A stretch of DNA of 64,000 nucleotides from Armatimonadota bacterium. Lineage in GTDB: Bacteria; Armatimonadota; Fimbriimonadia; Fimbriimonadales; GBS-DC. Made by a program: the position numbers and the translations under genes. The notes under the pieces are model-generated. The model was not told the origin of the DNA and ran no database searches. It saw only the letters and a list, made by a program, of their open reading frames with translations. The DNA is taken from assembly GCA_037445735.1 (NCBI GenBank), contig JBBIJY010000002.1, forward strand, positions 64,001 to 128,000, read 5' to 3'. This document shows, piece by piece, positions 40,909-51,098 of the stretch; the stretch's first letter is position 1; every line of letters begins with the position of its first letter.

Positions 40909-42399
40909 CTAACGGTGGGCGCGTTCGATGGCTCGCAGGGCTGCCATCGCCTTGTTGAGGCACTCCTGATACTCGCGTTCAGGCTGCGAATCGGCGACAA
41001 TCCCCGCCCCCGCCTGCACATGCGCGACGCCATCCTTGAGCAGGATGGTGCGGATGGTGATGCAGGTGTCCATGTCGCCCGTGTAGCTGAAGTAGCCGAC
41101 GGCGCCCGCATAGGGTCCACGGCGGGTCGGTTCCAGCTCCTCAATAATCTCCATCGCCCTCACTTTGGGCGCACCTGCCACCGTGCCCGCGGGGAAGCAG
41201 GCGCGCAACACATCGAAGCTGTCCACGCCCGCCTTCAGCTGCCCGCGCACCTCCGACACGATATGCATCACATGCGAGTAGCGCTCAATCACCATCAGCT
41301 CGGGCACATGCACCGTGCCATATTCGCAGACGCGCCCCAGATCGTTGCGCCCCAGATCGACCAGCATGATATGCTCGGCGCGTTCCTTCTCGTCAGCGAG
41401 CAGTTCCTGCGCGAGTTGCTGGTCTTCGGCGTCGTTCGCGCCGCGCGGGCGTGTGCCCGCAATCGGGCGCGTGGTCGCCTGACGCCCCTCCACCGTCACC
41501 AGCACCTCTGGAGACGCGCCAATCAGCGTCATGTCGTCCATGCGCAGGAAAAACATATAGGGCGATGGGTTGATGGAGCGCAGAGTGCGATAGATGTTGA
41601 GCGCGGGCGCACGCACAGGCTGACTGAACCGCTGGGACAGCACCACCTGAATGCAGTCGCCCGCATAGATATACTCTCTCGCGCGCTCCACCGCCTTCAG
41701 AAACGCCTCGCGCGTCATGTTCGGCGTCGGATTGAGCTGAAAAGCGGGGTCCTCAAACGGCGGCGGGGGCGGCAGCGGGCGATTGAGCCAGTTCAATACG
41801 CATTCGATACGCTCCGTCGCTCGCCGATACGCGCTCGACGGGTCGGCGCACGGCGGCGCGTTCACCAGCACCTGAATGCGATGCAACACATGGTCGAAAA
41901 TCAGCAGCACTTCGGGAAAGATGAGGCAGCAGTCGTCGGTTTGTAAATCGTCTGCGGTCTGGTCAGGCAGGCGTTCGAGGAAGCGCACATAGTCGTAAGC
42001 GATATAGCCGACCGCGCCGCCGGTGAATCGGGGCAGTTGCGGGTCGCGCCGATAGCGGAACCGGTAGAGCAGTGCGCGCACGGCGTCGAGCGGGTCCTGG
42101 TTCGGGGGCAGCTCCAGCGTTCGCCAGCCTGTGTCGCGCTCCCACAGGCGCACGATGCGCCCTTGAGAACGCACAATCGCCGTCGGTGCAAAGCCGATGA
42201 AGGAGTAGCGCGCGATGCGCTCGCCCCCGCTCACGCTCTCCAGCAAAAAGGCATACGGCTCATCACCGACCACCTTGTAGAACGCGGAGAGGGGCGTCTC
42301 CCAGTCTGCCAGCACCGCCTGATGGACAGGCGCCATCAGACCCGCTGACTGCCAGCGGCAAAACGCATCCTCATCAGGCTGAATCGCCAGCCTATACAC
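40909..42399 (-). CDS. trpE: Anthranilate synthase component I
   Basis: FLLESV..RYSFIG, INPSPYMF, PIAGTRPRG, EHIMLVDLGRND, QAGAGIVADS. Confidence 0.93.
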   Translation of the reverse strand: MYRLAIQPDEDAFCRWQSAGLMAPVHQAVLADWETPLSAFYKVVGDEPYAFLLESVSGGERIARYSFIGFAPTAIVRSQGRIVRLWERDTGWRTLELPPNQDPLDAVRALLYRFRYRRDPQLPRFTGGAVGYIAYDYVRFLERLPDQTADDLQTDDCCLIFPEVLLIFDHVLHRIQVLVNAPPCADPSSAYRRATERIECVLNWLNRPLPPPPPFEDPAFQLNPTPNMTREAFLKAVERAREYIYAGDCIQVVLSQRFSQPVRAPALNIYRTLRSINPSPYMFFLRMDDMTLIGASPEVLVTVEGRQATTRPIAGTRPRGANDAEDQQLAQELLADEKERAEHIMLVDLGRNDLGRVCEYGTVHVPELMVIERYSHVMHIVSEVRGQLKAGVDSFDVLRACFPAGTVAGAPKVRAMEIIEELEPTRRGPYAGAVGYFSYTGDMDTCITIRTILLKDGVAHVQAGAGIVADSQPEREYQECLNKAMAALRAIERAHR

Positions 42400-42524
42400 C
42401 GTCGGGCGAACCCCCTCGATTCGTCCAGCTTGACCCTGCCCGCCTGTATGCGCACTCCATCGGCACCGTCCCGAAGTATACCTGCTGGCAGGAAAGGGCG
42501 CCTGTCTGCTGAACTCAGGAGGGG

Positions 42525-43601
42525 ATGAAACGCACGGCTTTATATGAGGCGCATCGGCAGCTGGGCGCGCGCATGGTGGAGTTCGCGGGCTGGGAGATGC
42601 CCATCCAGTACCAGAGCATTCTGGACGAGGCGCGCGCCGTGCGCACCCGCTGGGGCATCTTCGATGTGAGCCATATGGGGCGCGCCTGCCTGCGCGGTGA
42701 GAACACCATCCCGTTCCTGAACCTGTTAGTGCCCAGCGATCTGGGCAAGCTGGGCGACAACAGCGCGCTCTACACCGTACTGACCAACGAGCGCGGCGGC
42801 GTCGTGGACGATATTATTCTCTATCGGCAATCGCCCGACCAGTGGCTGATGGTGTTCAACGCCGCCAACCACGCCAAAGACCTCGCGTGGCTCCAGCACT
42901 GGCAGGGACGGTTCAATCCGCCACCCACCATCGAGGACCAGACTGAGCGCACGGTGATGATTGCGGTTCAGGGACCCGAAGCGGTGGCGCATCTGACGGC
43001 ATTGTTGACGCCGCGCCTCGCCGATGTGCCGCGTTTTGGGGCGCTCGCGTTTGAATGGCGCGGAGTGCCCGTTTTTGCGGGGCGCACAGGCTATACGGGT
43101 GAAGATGGTTTTGAGTTGATTGTGCCTGCGGAGGCGGGTGAGGCACTCTGGGAGACCTTGCTGCAGGCGGGCGCGACACCCTGCGGGCTGGGCGCCCGCG
43201 ATGTGCTGCGCGTGGAAGCGGGACTCCACCTCTATGGACACGAGCTGACCGACGAGACGAACCCCATCGAGGCGGGGCTGGGCTGGCTCGTGAGCGAGCG
43301 CACCGACTACATCGGCGCGGACATCATTCAGCGGGTCAAAGCCGAGGGCGCTGCGCGCCGCCTGATGGGGATCGTGCTGCAGGAGCGCGGCGTGCCCCGT
43401 GAGGGCTACCCCGTGCTGATTGAGGGGCAGGCGGTGGCGCAGCTCACCAGCGGCGTCTACTCGCCCACGCTCGAATGCGGCATCGGCATGGCGTATCTGC
43501 CCGCTGAATGGGCGAAGGCAGGCACGCCCTGCGCGGTGGAGATTCGCGGACGCGCCGTGCCCGCGCTGATCACCACCCGCCGCTTCCTCAAACGAGGCTG
43601 A
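42525..43601 (+). CDS. gcvT: Glycine cleavage system aminomethyltransferase
   Basis: FAGWEMPIQY, FDVSHMG, RTGYTGEDGFE, GLGARDVLRVEAG. Confidence 0.95.
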   Translation: MKRTALYEAHRQLGARMVEFAGWEMPIQYQSILDEARAVRTRWGIFDVSHMGRACLRGENTIPFLNLLVPSDLGKLGDNSALYTVLTNERGGVVDDIILYRQSPDQWLMVFNAANHAKDLAWLQHWQGRFNPPPTIEDQTERTVMIAVQGPEAVAHLTALLTPRLADVPRFGALAFEWRGVPVFAGRTGYTGEDGFELIVPAEAGEALWETLLQAGATPCGLGARDVLRVEAGLHLYGHELTDETNPIEAGLGWLVSERTDYIGADIIQRVKAEGAARRLMGIVLQERGVPREGYPVLIEGQAVAQLTSGVYSPTLECGIGMAYLPAEWAKAGTPCAVEIRGRAVPALITTRRFLKRG

Positions 43602-44676
43602 TCTGGCACCACTGGCGCAAAATCCACTCGACACCACGCTGCTGCACCCAATCGCGCAACTGCACCGACTCGGCGTCGTTCGGGTCATGGTAGTGGAGCG
43701 CGGCAAGGATTGCCTCCCGGAACGGCTCGCTATCCTCACCATGCTCGCGCAGCAGGCGATACGCGCCCACCAGTCGGTCATCGGCACGCAGCTTGCGCAA
43801 CGGCTCGCGTGCCACCCGCGCGATAGGGTCGTTCAGCGCAGGATGCTGGATGCGAGCCACGATGTCGGCGACCGTTTGATGATGCTCGTCCGGATCAAAC
43901 GCGAACGCCTTCAGCAGCGCCCGCTCCAGTGCCGCCGCCGCGCGCTCGAACCGCTCGCGAATAGAAGCGTCGTTGAGGGCTTGCTGAATGGTGGCGTAGC
44001 CTTTCTGTGCGCCCAGATAGGCGACCAGCGCATGCAGCCCATTATGCACATAGAGCTTGCGCAGGAAATAGTGCTCGAAAGGGCGCACGGGATGGACGCC
44101 TTCGATGGGGGGCAGCTCGCCGCGAATCGCGTCAGCGTCGATGAGCAGGCGGTCGTGGCGCTCGGCTCGCACGCCGGGCGGATCGCCGGGCAGTTCCGCC
44201 ACCACCTGCCGCTCAACCACGCACCGCACCAGCGCCACCGCCTCATCCAGAGCCACATCGGGCAGCGCGGTTCGAAGCGCGTCGCGCACAATCTGGTCGG
44301 CATGCTGTTCGTTCTCGCCCAGCAGCAGGTGGAGCGGCGGGCGCTGATGGGCGGCACGCATGCGCAGCCCCTCCGTTAGCAGGGGCGCGATCGCAGGCAG
44401 GGCGCTGGCTCCCACCGCCGTCGCGCCAATCACCGCGTTCAGGCACACCTGCGCAATCGCCTCGCGCTCTGCTGTGTGCAACGCCTGCACGGGCGCAATC
44501 GTTTCCCGCTCGCCATCGAGCCACTCAATCCAGCAGGCGCGATGGCGCTGCAGGCTCTGCACCAGCTCCGGGCGCGCCTCCACGAACACCACCTCCAGCC
44601 CCGCGCGGGTGAACAACTGGGCGAACAGCCCGCGCCCAATCCTGCCCGCGCCGAACTGAAGGGCGATCGCCGACAT
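43588..44676 (-). CDS. Mannitol-1-phosphate 5-dehydrogenase-like protein
   Basis: FGAGRIGRG, RKLYVHNGLHA, RVAREPLRKL..DRLVG. Confidence 0.75.
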   Translation of the reverse strand: MSAIALQFGAGRIGRGLFAQLFTRAGLEVVFVEARPELVQSLQRHRACWIEWLDGERETIAPVQALHTAEREAIAQVCLNAVIGATAVGASALPAIAPLLTEGLRMRAAHQRPPLHLLLGENEQHADQIVRDALRTALPDVALDEAVALVRCVVERQVVAELPGDPPGVRAERHDRLLIDADAIRGELPPIEGVHPVRPFEHYFLRKLYVHNGLHALVAYLGAQKGYATIQQALNDASIRERFERAAAALERALLKAFAFDPDEHHQTVADIVARIQHPALNDPIARVAREPLRKLRADDRLVGAYRLLREHGEDSEPFREAILAALHYHDPNDAESVQLRDWVQQRGVEWILRQWCQISLV

Positions 44677-44679
44677 GCG

Positions 44680-46020
44680 CTAATTATCACCCACTGTGCC
44701 GAAGTTAAACAGCACGGTCAGCAGGTCGGCGTCGTCCACCACGCCGTCGCCGTTCAGGTCCTCCGACAAGCCAGAACCCGTCTGCCCGAAGGCGAACAGC
44801 ACCATCAGCAGGTCGGCATCGTCGATCACATTATCGCCGTTAATATCGCCGTTGATAAGGTTGAACACCAGCCCGGAAACATCGGAGTTCAGCGATACAT
44901 TGCGGATGACCCGCCACAGGCTGGTGGGCGCACGGCAGGCAAGATTGTAAGTGCCCGACATCAGCGAAGTGTAGGTGGTGAAGTTGCCGTTCGAATCGGT
45001 GTTGAGGGTGCGTTGCTGGCGTACCTGATTGCTGCTCGGCTCCCGAATCTCCAGCGTAAAGGGTACCGTCTGCAACGCCTGCCGATCGAAATTGATGCGT
45101 CCCGAAATAAATCGCCGCACAGGGGTGTAGTCGGTGAGCATGATGTCATACCAGCCCCCTGCTCGTCCACCCGCGTAGCTGAACCCCTCGACCAGGATAT
45201 AGTAGATACCTGCTGGCAGATTCTGGAGCACGACCCGCGAGGTGAAGGGATTGAAGGGGTCATGGGGGTCATCATCGTTGGCGGCGAGCGGGTTGAACGC
45301 CGAGTCATAAACGGTTACGACGGTATCGGTCGCGCCGAATGTGCGCACAGTAAGGTTGCCGGTGCCGATTTCGACGCGGTAGTAGTCTAAATCGGTCTGG
45401 CGATAGGTCAGGAAGGCATTCAAGATTAGCGTGAAATCGTCGGCAAGGTTGCCCACATCGGTGGCGGTGGCGAAGGTATTGTTCGTGCCATTCACCTCGT
45501 AAGGGTCATAGTCGGGCGCGGTGCTGCCATCGAACAGGCGCAGGGTGTAGCGGAAGCGTGCCAGCTCACCCGAGGCAGTTATCGAGCGTACCTGCACATA
45601 GTAGGTGCCTGCGGAAAGGCTGATGGTGATGCCCGAATCGGCGTTCGTGAAAGAGGTATCACGGTTGCCGCGTGTGCTGTCGTTGGGCACATCGTCATCG
45701 TTTTCCGCTATCAAGCCGCCGCTGCTGTTATAAAGCGCCAGCACCGAGTCGAAGGTGGTGTCCACACGGAAGGTGTAGGTGCCCGATTGCAGCACCTGGA
45801 AGCGGAAGTAGTCCAGGTCGCCATCGGGGTTGATCAAGCCCCGAATAACCTTCATCACGCGCTGGTTGGTGGAATCGCGTCCCACAACACCCACATTGTG
45901 GGCATTCGCGATGGTATCGTTCAGCTCCTGTTCGGTCAGAAACTCGATGCGCGGCGTTTGCGCAGCCGCGAGCATCAATGTCAGTCCCAGCATCCCAATC
46001 AGTATCGTTTCCCTTCGCAT
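44680..46020 (-). CDS. Secreted protein with two PPC/DVUA0089-like domains, a beta-sandwich and a dockerin-like module
   Basis: DLDYF/Y..D(S/T)V...NDD..G(T/I)YY twice; ends GDINGDNVIDDADLLMVLFAFG..EDLNGDGVVDDADLLTVLFNFG. Confidence 0.82.
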   Translation of the reverse strand: MRRETILIGMLGLTLMLAAAQTPRIEFLTEQELNDTIANAHNVGVVGRDSTNQRVMKVIRGLINPDGDLDYFRFQVLQSGTYTFRVDTTFDSVLALYNSSGGLIAENDDDVPNDSTRGNRDTSFTNADSGITISLSAGTYYVQVRSITASGELARFRYTLRLFDGSTAPDYDPYEVNGTNNTFATATDVGNLADDFTLILNAFLTYRQTDLDYYRVEIGTGNLTVRTFGATDTVVTVYDSAFNPLAANDDDPHDPFNPFTSRVVLQNLPAGIYYILVEGFSYAGGRAGGWYDIMLTDYTPVRRFISGRINFDRQALQTVPFTLEIREPSSNQVRQQRTLNTDSNGNFTTYTSLMSGTYNLACRAPTSLWRVIRNVSLNSDVSGLVFNLINGDINGDNVIDDADLLMVLFAFGQTGSGLSEDLNGDGVVDDADLLTVLFNFGTVGDN

Positions 46021-46059
46021 GGCTCCTTTCCCGTGCCTCTATTATAGCACAGATGTGCC

Positions 46060-46752
46060 TTAAAGCAGCCCCTGCTCGCGGAAACTGGTATATCTGCCGT
46101 CGCCGATGATGATGTGATCGAGCAGTTCGATGCCGAGCAAGTTGCCTGCTTCGCGCAGGCGGCGGGTGATGGCGATGTCTTCGGGGCTGGGGGTGGGGTC
46201 GCCGCTGGGATGGTTGTGGGCGGCAATCCAGCAGGCGGCGCCTTCGCGGATAGCAGCGCGATACACCTCACGCGGATGCACCAGACTGCTATCCAGCGTG
46301 CCGATGGAGATGGTCTCCGCGCGAAGCACCCGATTTTTAATGTCCAGCAGCACGGCAATAAAATGTTCGCGTTTCTCAAACAGCAGGTCTGCATAAAGCA
46401 GGTTGTAGACATCTTCGGGCGAGCGGATTTGCGGGCGTTCCTGGAAGGTGCTGATGGCGACGCGGCGTCCCAGCTCCATCGCGGCGGCAATCTGGGTCGC
46501 TTTCGCCAGCCCCATGCCTTTGATGGCGGCTAACTCGCGCACGGTGGCGTTCAGCACGCCGCGCAAGCCGTTGAACCGCTGGAGCAGCTCCTGCGCCAGC
46601 TGCAGCGCGGAGCGCTGGCGTGTGCCCGTGCGCAATAAGATGGCGAGCAGTTCATGGTCGCGCAGGCTCGCCGCGCCCCATGTCGCCAGCTTCTCGCGCG
46701 GGCGCTCCGAAGCGGGCAGCTCCCGAATAGTCGTATAGGTTGTCGGTTCCAT
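46060..46752 (-). CDS. radC: RadC family (JAB/MPN domain) protein
   Basis: ERPREKL, ELLAILLRTG, HNHPSGDPTPSPED, LLDHIIIG. Confidence 0.95.
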   Translation of the reverse strand: MEPTTYTTIRELPASERPREKLATWGAASLRDHELLAILLRTGTRQRSALQLAQELLQRFNGLRGVLNATVRELAAIKGMGLAKATQIAAAMELGRRVAISTFQERPQIRSPEDVYNLLYADLLFEKREHFIAVLLDIKNRVLRAETISIGTLDSSLVHPREVYRAAIREGAACWIAAHNHPSGDPTPSPEDIAITRRLREAGNLLGIELLDHIIIGDGRYTSFREQGLL

Positions 46753-46759
46753 CGTTCAC

Positions 46760-47269
46760 CTATAGTGCCTTTTTGAGGCGGGTATGCACCGCGTCCAGCA
46801 GGGAGTGAACCGCGCCGCCGGCGATCAGCCCGATCAGCAGCGCCAGCACCTCCTGCCGATAGGTGAGCATCCAGTCGGTGGCGTGCAGCAGCCAGCTCTG
46901 GGCGTCCACCTGCAACGCCAGTCCGATGCGCGTCAGCAGCCAGCTGATAACGCTCACGAACAGCACCAGCATCGCAATCAGGTAGGCGACGCGCAGCAGC
47001 GGACCGATGCCCAGCCCGTGCGAAATCCAGCTCCGATGGGGCACCAGCTTCTGATAGGGATACCACAGCACGCGCAGGGGTCCCCAGCGGTAGTACGCGC
47101 TGGAGCGCGTGTCGAGATCGCTGGAGAGCCAGATGCCCGAAAAGGTGTAGCTGGCGATGGCGAGCCAGGCGAGCGGGCGCGTCTCCGGCGGCAGATAGAT
47201 CGTCGAGAGCGGGATCGCTCCTGCCGCCGTCGCGACGGTCACCCAGTCATGCACCTTGCCCGATGGCAT
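46760..47269 (-). CDS. DUF2227-like metal-binding membrane protein
   Basis: MPSGKVHD, SSDLD, WYPY..HRSWISHG, HSLLD. Confidence 0.75.
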   Translation of the reverse strand: MPSGKVHDWVTVATAAGAIPLSTIYLPPETRPLAWLAIASYTFSGIWLSSDLDTRSSAYYRWGPLRVLWYPYQKLVPHRSWISHGLGIGPLLRVAYLIAMLVLFVSVISWLLTRIGLALQVDAQSWLLHATDWMLTYRQEVLALLIGLIAGGAVHSLLDAVHTRLKKAL

Positions 47270-47282
47270 CGCCGTTGTTGCC

Positions 47283-48323
47283 CTATAAGCCAGCCGCTTT
47301 GCGCATCTTATCGATGGCGCGGGCTTCCAGCTGGCGCACGCGCTCGCGACTGAGGTTCAGCGCGCGCCCGATTTCCGCCAGGGTGAGCGGTTGCGCCCCT
47401 CCCAGCCCGTAGCGCAGCTCGATCACGGTGCGTTCCTTCTCGTTCAGCACGCCGAGCAACGGCTCCAGATCGAACTCTTCTTCGATGGGCGGCGGCTCTT
47501 CAGCAATCAGGTCGAGCAGGGTCGCCTCCTCGCCACCGCCGCCGACGGGCGTTTCGAGGGAGATGGGTCGCGCAACGGCGTTCAACAGATTGCCGACCTG
47601 TTCGACGCTCATGCCGGTGTGCTGGGCGATCTCGTGCAGAGTGGGCTGGCGTCCGAACTGTTGCTGAAGCAGGGCAGCGGTCTGACGCACGCGGCGCAGC
47701 GCTTTGATGAGGTGCTCGGGCAGGCGTACCGTCACCGCCTGCACCTGCAGCGCCCGCCCAATCTGGTGGCGGATCCACCATGCAGCATAGGTGGAGAAGC
47801 GGGTGCCCTTTTCCGGGCGGAACAGGCTCACCGCTCGCATCAGCCCCAGCGTGCCCTCCTGAATCAGGTCAGCGAGCGGCAATCCGCGTCCCGTGTAGTG
47901 GCGAGCGATGGAGAGAACCAGCCGCAGGTTCGATTCGATCAGCCGTTCGCGGGCGGTCTCGTCGCCTTCACGCGCCTGACGGGCGAGTTCCTGCTCCTCA
48001 TCGGGCGTCAGGCGCGGGGCACGCACCGCCTGCCGAATCCACCACTGCACCGGGTCATCGAGCACTTCGCTCTCCATCTGCTCGATGGCGCGGTCGGCTT
48101 CTTCTGCCAGCAGGTGCAGCTCCTGCTCGGCTGCCTCGCTACCCGGCAGCACAGGAATGCCCTCCTGCTCAAGAACCGCGAGCGCCTCCTCGATGGCTTC
48201 GGGTTCGAGCAGTTCGGGCAGGCTCTCCATCAGCTCCTCCACCGTGATGTAGCCCTGCTGACGCCCCTTTTCGATGAGCGCGAGCATCTGGTCCGAGTCG
48301 TAGCCCGATGGTATCTCGTGCAT
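47283..48323 (-). CDS. Sigma70-family factor (RpoD/SigA-like, divergent)
   Basis: Region 1.1 (LIEKGRQQGYIT), NLRLVLSIA, DLIQEG, FSTYAAWWIR, SRERVRQLE; follows dnaG; GGAGG RBS before ATG 48323. Confidence 0.88.
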   Translation of the reverse strand: MHEIPSGYDSDQMLALIEKGRQQGYITVEELMESLPELLEPEAIEEALAVLEQEGIPVLPGSEAAEQELHLLAEEADRAIEQMESEVLDDPVQWWIRQAVRAPRLTPDEEQELARQAREGDETARERLIESNLRLVLSIARHYTGRGLPLADLIQEGTLGLMRAVSLFRPEKGTRFSTYAAWWIRHQIGRALQVQAVTVRLPEHLIKALRRVRQTAALLQQQFGRQPTLHEIAQHTGMSVEQVGNLLNAVARPISLETPVGGGGEEATLLDLIAEEPPPIEEEFDLEPLLGVLNEKERTVIELRYGLGGAQPLTLAEIGRALNLSRERVRQLEARAIDKMRKAAGL

Positions 48324-48352
48324 TGCCGTCCTCCATAACTGCCTTTCACGAT

Positions 48353-50146
48353 TTAAGATTCGACGCGCAGGCGCCAGTATTCCTGCCACTTATCGGGGTC
48401 GGGTGGCGTATCGCTGTGGGTGAGTTCATGGAGGAGCTGCAGGCGGCGGGCGCGCTCCTGGCGCCGACGGAGGTAGGTGATGCAGTCGGCGACGGTGGCG
48501 GGCGTCAGCGGCGGCTCGGTCTGCATCAGCAGGCTGGTCAAAAGCGCCTGCAACGGCTCCTGATGGAGGGTCTCAAGCAGCTCGCGCGGGGTGTATCGGT
48601 AGGGCGGTTGAGGGAGTTGCTGGAGCGCTTTGGCGAGCGCGGCATGGTCGGGCAGGCTCCACTCGATCTGGGGCAGCTGTTCCCATGCGGAGGCAGCGGT
48701 TTCGGGCGACAGCACCGCCCGCAGAAGCGTGCGCTCGGCATCGATCACGGCGCGCGGCAGCTCAACGGAGAGCGTGGGCACCTCTGGGGCAGGCGCCTGC
48801 GTTGCCGTGGCGTGGGCAGGTCGGCGTTGCGCGCGTTGCAGGCGTCGCACATCGCGCCAGAGCGACTCTATCGCAGCCTGGGGACTGGTCAAATAAGCGG
48901 GGCTGAGCGGTGCCAGCTGTTGCAGGCAGGCGGTCTGATCCGTGTGGCTGGTCAATCGCGCCACGAACACCAGCGCCTCCCGCAGCAGGCGCGTGCGCGC
49001 TGCGAGATTGAGCTGCTCCGCACGCGCCACACCCGCCTGCTGGAGATGCTCGCGCATAATCTGCTCCAGCCCGAACAGCGCCGCAGGGCGTGCCCGCTCG
49101 ATGGCTTGTTGCAGCGCCTCGGCGCCCTGCGCCCGCAACAGGCTATCGGGGTCTTCACCCGTCGGCAGCTCCACAATCAACGCCGTGATGCCTGCCCCCT
49201 CCAGAATCTCGGCTGCCCGCAGCGCGGCTCGAACCCCGGCGCTGTCCGAATCGTAGAGCAGATAGACGCGCTCGGCGATGCGCCGCAGCCGCGCCGCGTG
49301 CTGCTCGGTGAACGCTGTGCCCAGTGTCGCGACCGCATGGTCGAACCCGAACTGGTGCAACATCACCAGGTCCATATAGCCCTCGACCACAATCGCGCTG
49401 CGCTGCCTCACGATGGCGCCCCGCGCCAGATGCCAGCCGTAGAGGGTGTCGCGCTTCTGGAAGAGCGCGGTTTCAGGCGTGTTGAGGTACCTGGGCTCCT
49501 CGTCGCCCAGCACGCGCCCGCCGAACGCGATCACGCGCCCCGACGGGTCATGAATCGGGAACACGATACGGTGGCGCAGGTAGTCATAGAACCCCTGCTC
49601 GCCCTGACGGACCAGCCCGGCGGCGAGCGCATCTTCGCGGCTGACCTGATGCCGCTGCAGAAATCGGAGCAGGTGATCCCAGCCGTCGGGTGCATAGCCC
49701 AGCTGGAACCGCTCGATGGTGGCAGGGGTCAGTCCCCGCTGGTGCAGGTAGCGCTGGGCGCGGGCGGAACGCCGCAGGCACTGGCGATAATAGAAGTGGG
49801 CGGCGAACAGCGCCCGATGGAGACGGTCGCGCTCGTCGGGGGCTTCCGATGGTTCCTGTGGTTCCTGACGCAGTTCGATGCCTGCCTGCGCCGCCAGTCG
49901 GCGCAACGCCTCACGGAAGGAGATGCCCTCGATGCGCATCAGAAAGGCGAAGGCGTCGCCCGACGCCCCGCACCCGAAGCAGTGGAACCGGTTCAGGCTT
50001 GGACTAACATAGAACGAGGGCGTGCGCTCGGTGTGGAAGGGACATAGCCCTTTGAAGTTGCTGCCCGCTCGCTCCAGCGCCACATAGCCTGAAACCAGTT
50101 CCACCAGATCGATGCGCTCACGGATCTCCTCACGCAGGTCGCGCAT
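48353..50146 (-). CDS. dnaG: DNA primase
   Basis: CPFH..CFGC zinc finger, AFGGR, YLNTPET, VEGYMD and YDSDSAG TOPRIM motifs. Confidence 0.97.
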   Translation of the reverse strand: MRDLREEIRERIDLVELVSGYVALERAGSNFKGLCPFHTERTPSFYVSPSLNRFHCFGCGASGDAFAFLMRIEGISFREALRRLAAQAGIELRQEPQEPSEAPDERDRLHRALFAAHFYYRQCLRRSARAQRYLHQRGLTPATIERFQLGYAPDGWDHLLRFLQRHQVSREDALAAGLVRQGEQGFYDYLRHRIVFPIHDPSGRVIAFGGRVLGDEEPRYLNTPETALFQKRDTLYGWHLARGAIVRQRSAIVVEGYMDLVMLHQFGFDHAVATLGTAFTEQHAARLRRIAERVYLLYDSDSAGVRAALRAAEILEGAGITALIVELPTGEDPDSLLRAQGAEALQQAIERARPAALFGLEQIMREHLQQAGVARAEQLNLAARTRLLREALVFVARLTSHTDQTACLQQLAPLSPAYLTSPQAAIESLWRDVRRLQRAQRRPAHATATQAPAPEVPTLSVELPRAVIDAERTLLRAVLSPETAASAWEQLPQIEWSLPDHAALAKALQQLPQPPYRYTPRELLETLHQEPLQALLTSLLMQTEPPLTPATVADCITYLRRRQERARRLQLLHELTHSDTPPDPDKWQEYWRLRVES

Positions 50147-50172
50147 GCAACAGGGTCGCCTCGCTTCGATAA

Positions 50173-50955
50173 TCAGATGGCGGGACCACCCATAGCGCCG
50201 CCGCCACCCTTGGGACCGGCACCGCCACCGCCCGCAGCTGGGGGCGGAGCACCCAGCCCACCCGGTGAAGGACCACCGCCTGGCATCCCTGGCTGTTGAC
50301 CACCGCCCGTGCCGATGAAGCCCGGACCGCTGAGCGGGATACCCGCTGCCACGGCGATGGCCATCACCCGGTTAGTCTTGGTGTCGATCTGGAAAGCAAC
50401 CCCCAGCTTGTTATAGCGTGCCAGGATTACATCGCCATAATACTGGTGCTCCTGTGGATAGCCATAGGCACGCACCACTTTGCTGTAAGGGTCACCCAGC
50501 GTGATGCCGCGCGCCGTGCGAACATTCGGGTCAGGCTTATAACCATGCGCACTGATCTGCACCACGCGCCCATCTTTGTTCACGACAAACGCATAGGTGC
50601 TACCACCTTTGCCCTTGTAGATGTAGGTGGTCTCCATCTCGACGCGCTGCTCGCCCGGCGTCCCACCTGTGCCAGGCGGCTGACCGAAGCCGGGCGGTCC
50701 GCCAGGACCAGGCATCTCGCCACCTGTGCCCGTTTGTTGCTGCTGCTGTTGTTGTTGATCAAACCGTTGCACAGTTATCGAGACATAGGTAATCTGGCGC
50801 GGATTGCCAAACTTCTGCAGCACGCGCACCGCAGGGCTGAACAGCCGAATGCCTAACAGCGCCACCTCCGTGCGCTGCTTGCTCTGAGCGGTTAAACCCA
50901 GCAGCAAAGCGATGGCGCCAGTCGCCACAACCGCATATTTCCAGACGCTCTTCAT
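50173..50955 (-). CDS. Secreted hypothetical protein with poly-Q and Gly/Pro-rich segments
   Basis: Signal peptide MKSVWKY..; RTARGITLGDPYSKVVRAYGYP; Q8 tract. Confidence 0.65.
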   Translation of the reverse strand: MKSVWKYAVVATGAIALLLGLTAQSKQRTEVALLGIRLFSPAVRVLQKFGNPRQITYVSITVQRFDQQQQQQQQTGTGGEMPGPGGPPGFGQPPGTGGTPGEQRVEMETTYIYKGKGGSTYAFVVNKDGRVVQISAHGYKPDPNVRTARGITLGDPYSKVVRAYGYPQEHQYYGDVILARYNKLGVAFQIDTKTNRVMAIAVAAGIPLSGPGFIGTGGGQQPGMPGGGPSPGGLGAPPPAAGGGGAGPKGGGGAMGGPAI

Positions 50956-51098
50956 CCCTATCGCCTCCATCCATACTATACCCTATCTTCGGTCAAAACC
51001 GTGCTGTTCCCGATAGGGTTGTGTCTATATTCGTTTCGACGCGCCTGCCGCCCCTCCTGTTCCGACCGTGAGAGGTATAATCGGTTCGGTGAGCGCGC

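Noticed and set aside
42400-42524. Glycine riboswitch upstream of gcvT, or T-box/attenuator upstream of trpE
   Set aside because: No glycine aptamer motifs, T-box sequence or Trp-rich leader peptide were found in the 125-bp divergent gap.
46060-46752. radC as a marker of a mobile element
   Set aside because: Full-length chromosomal type with an N-terminal HhH region among housekeeping genes; no integrase or att sites seen.
50734-50757. Poly-Q tract as a phase-variable repeat
   Set aside because: Mixed CAA/CAG codons, short and in frame; a low-complexity linker is the simpler explanation.
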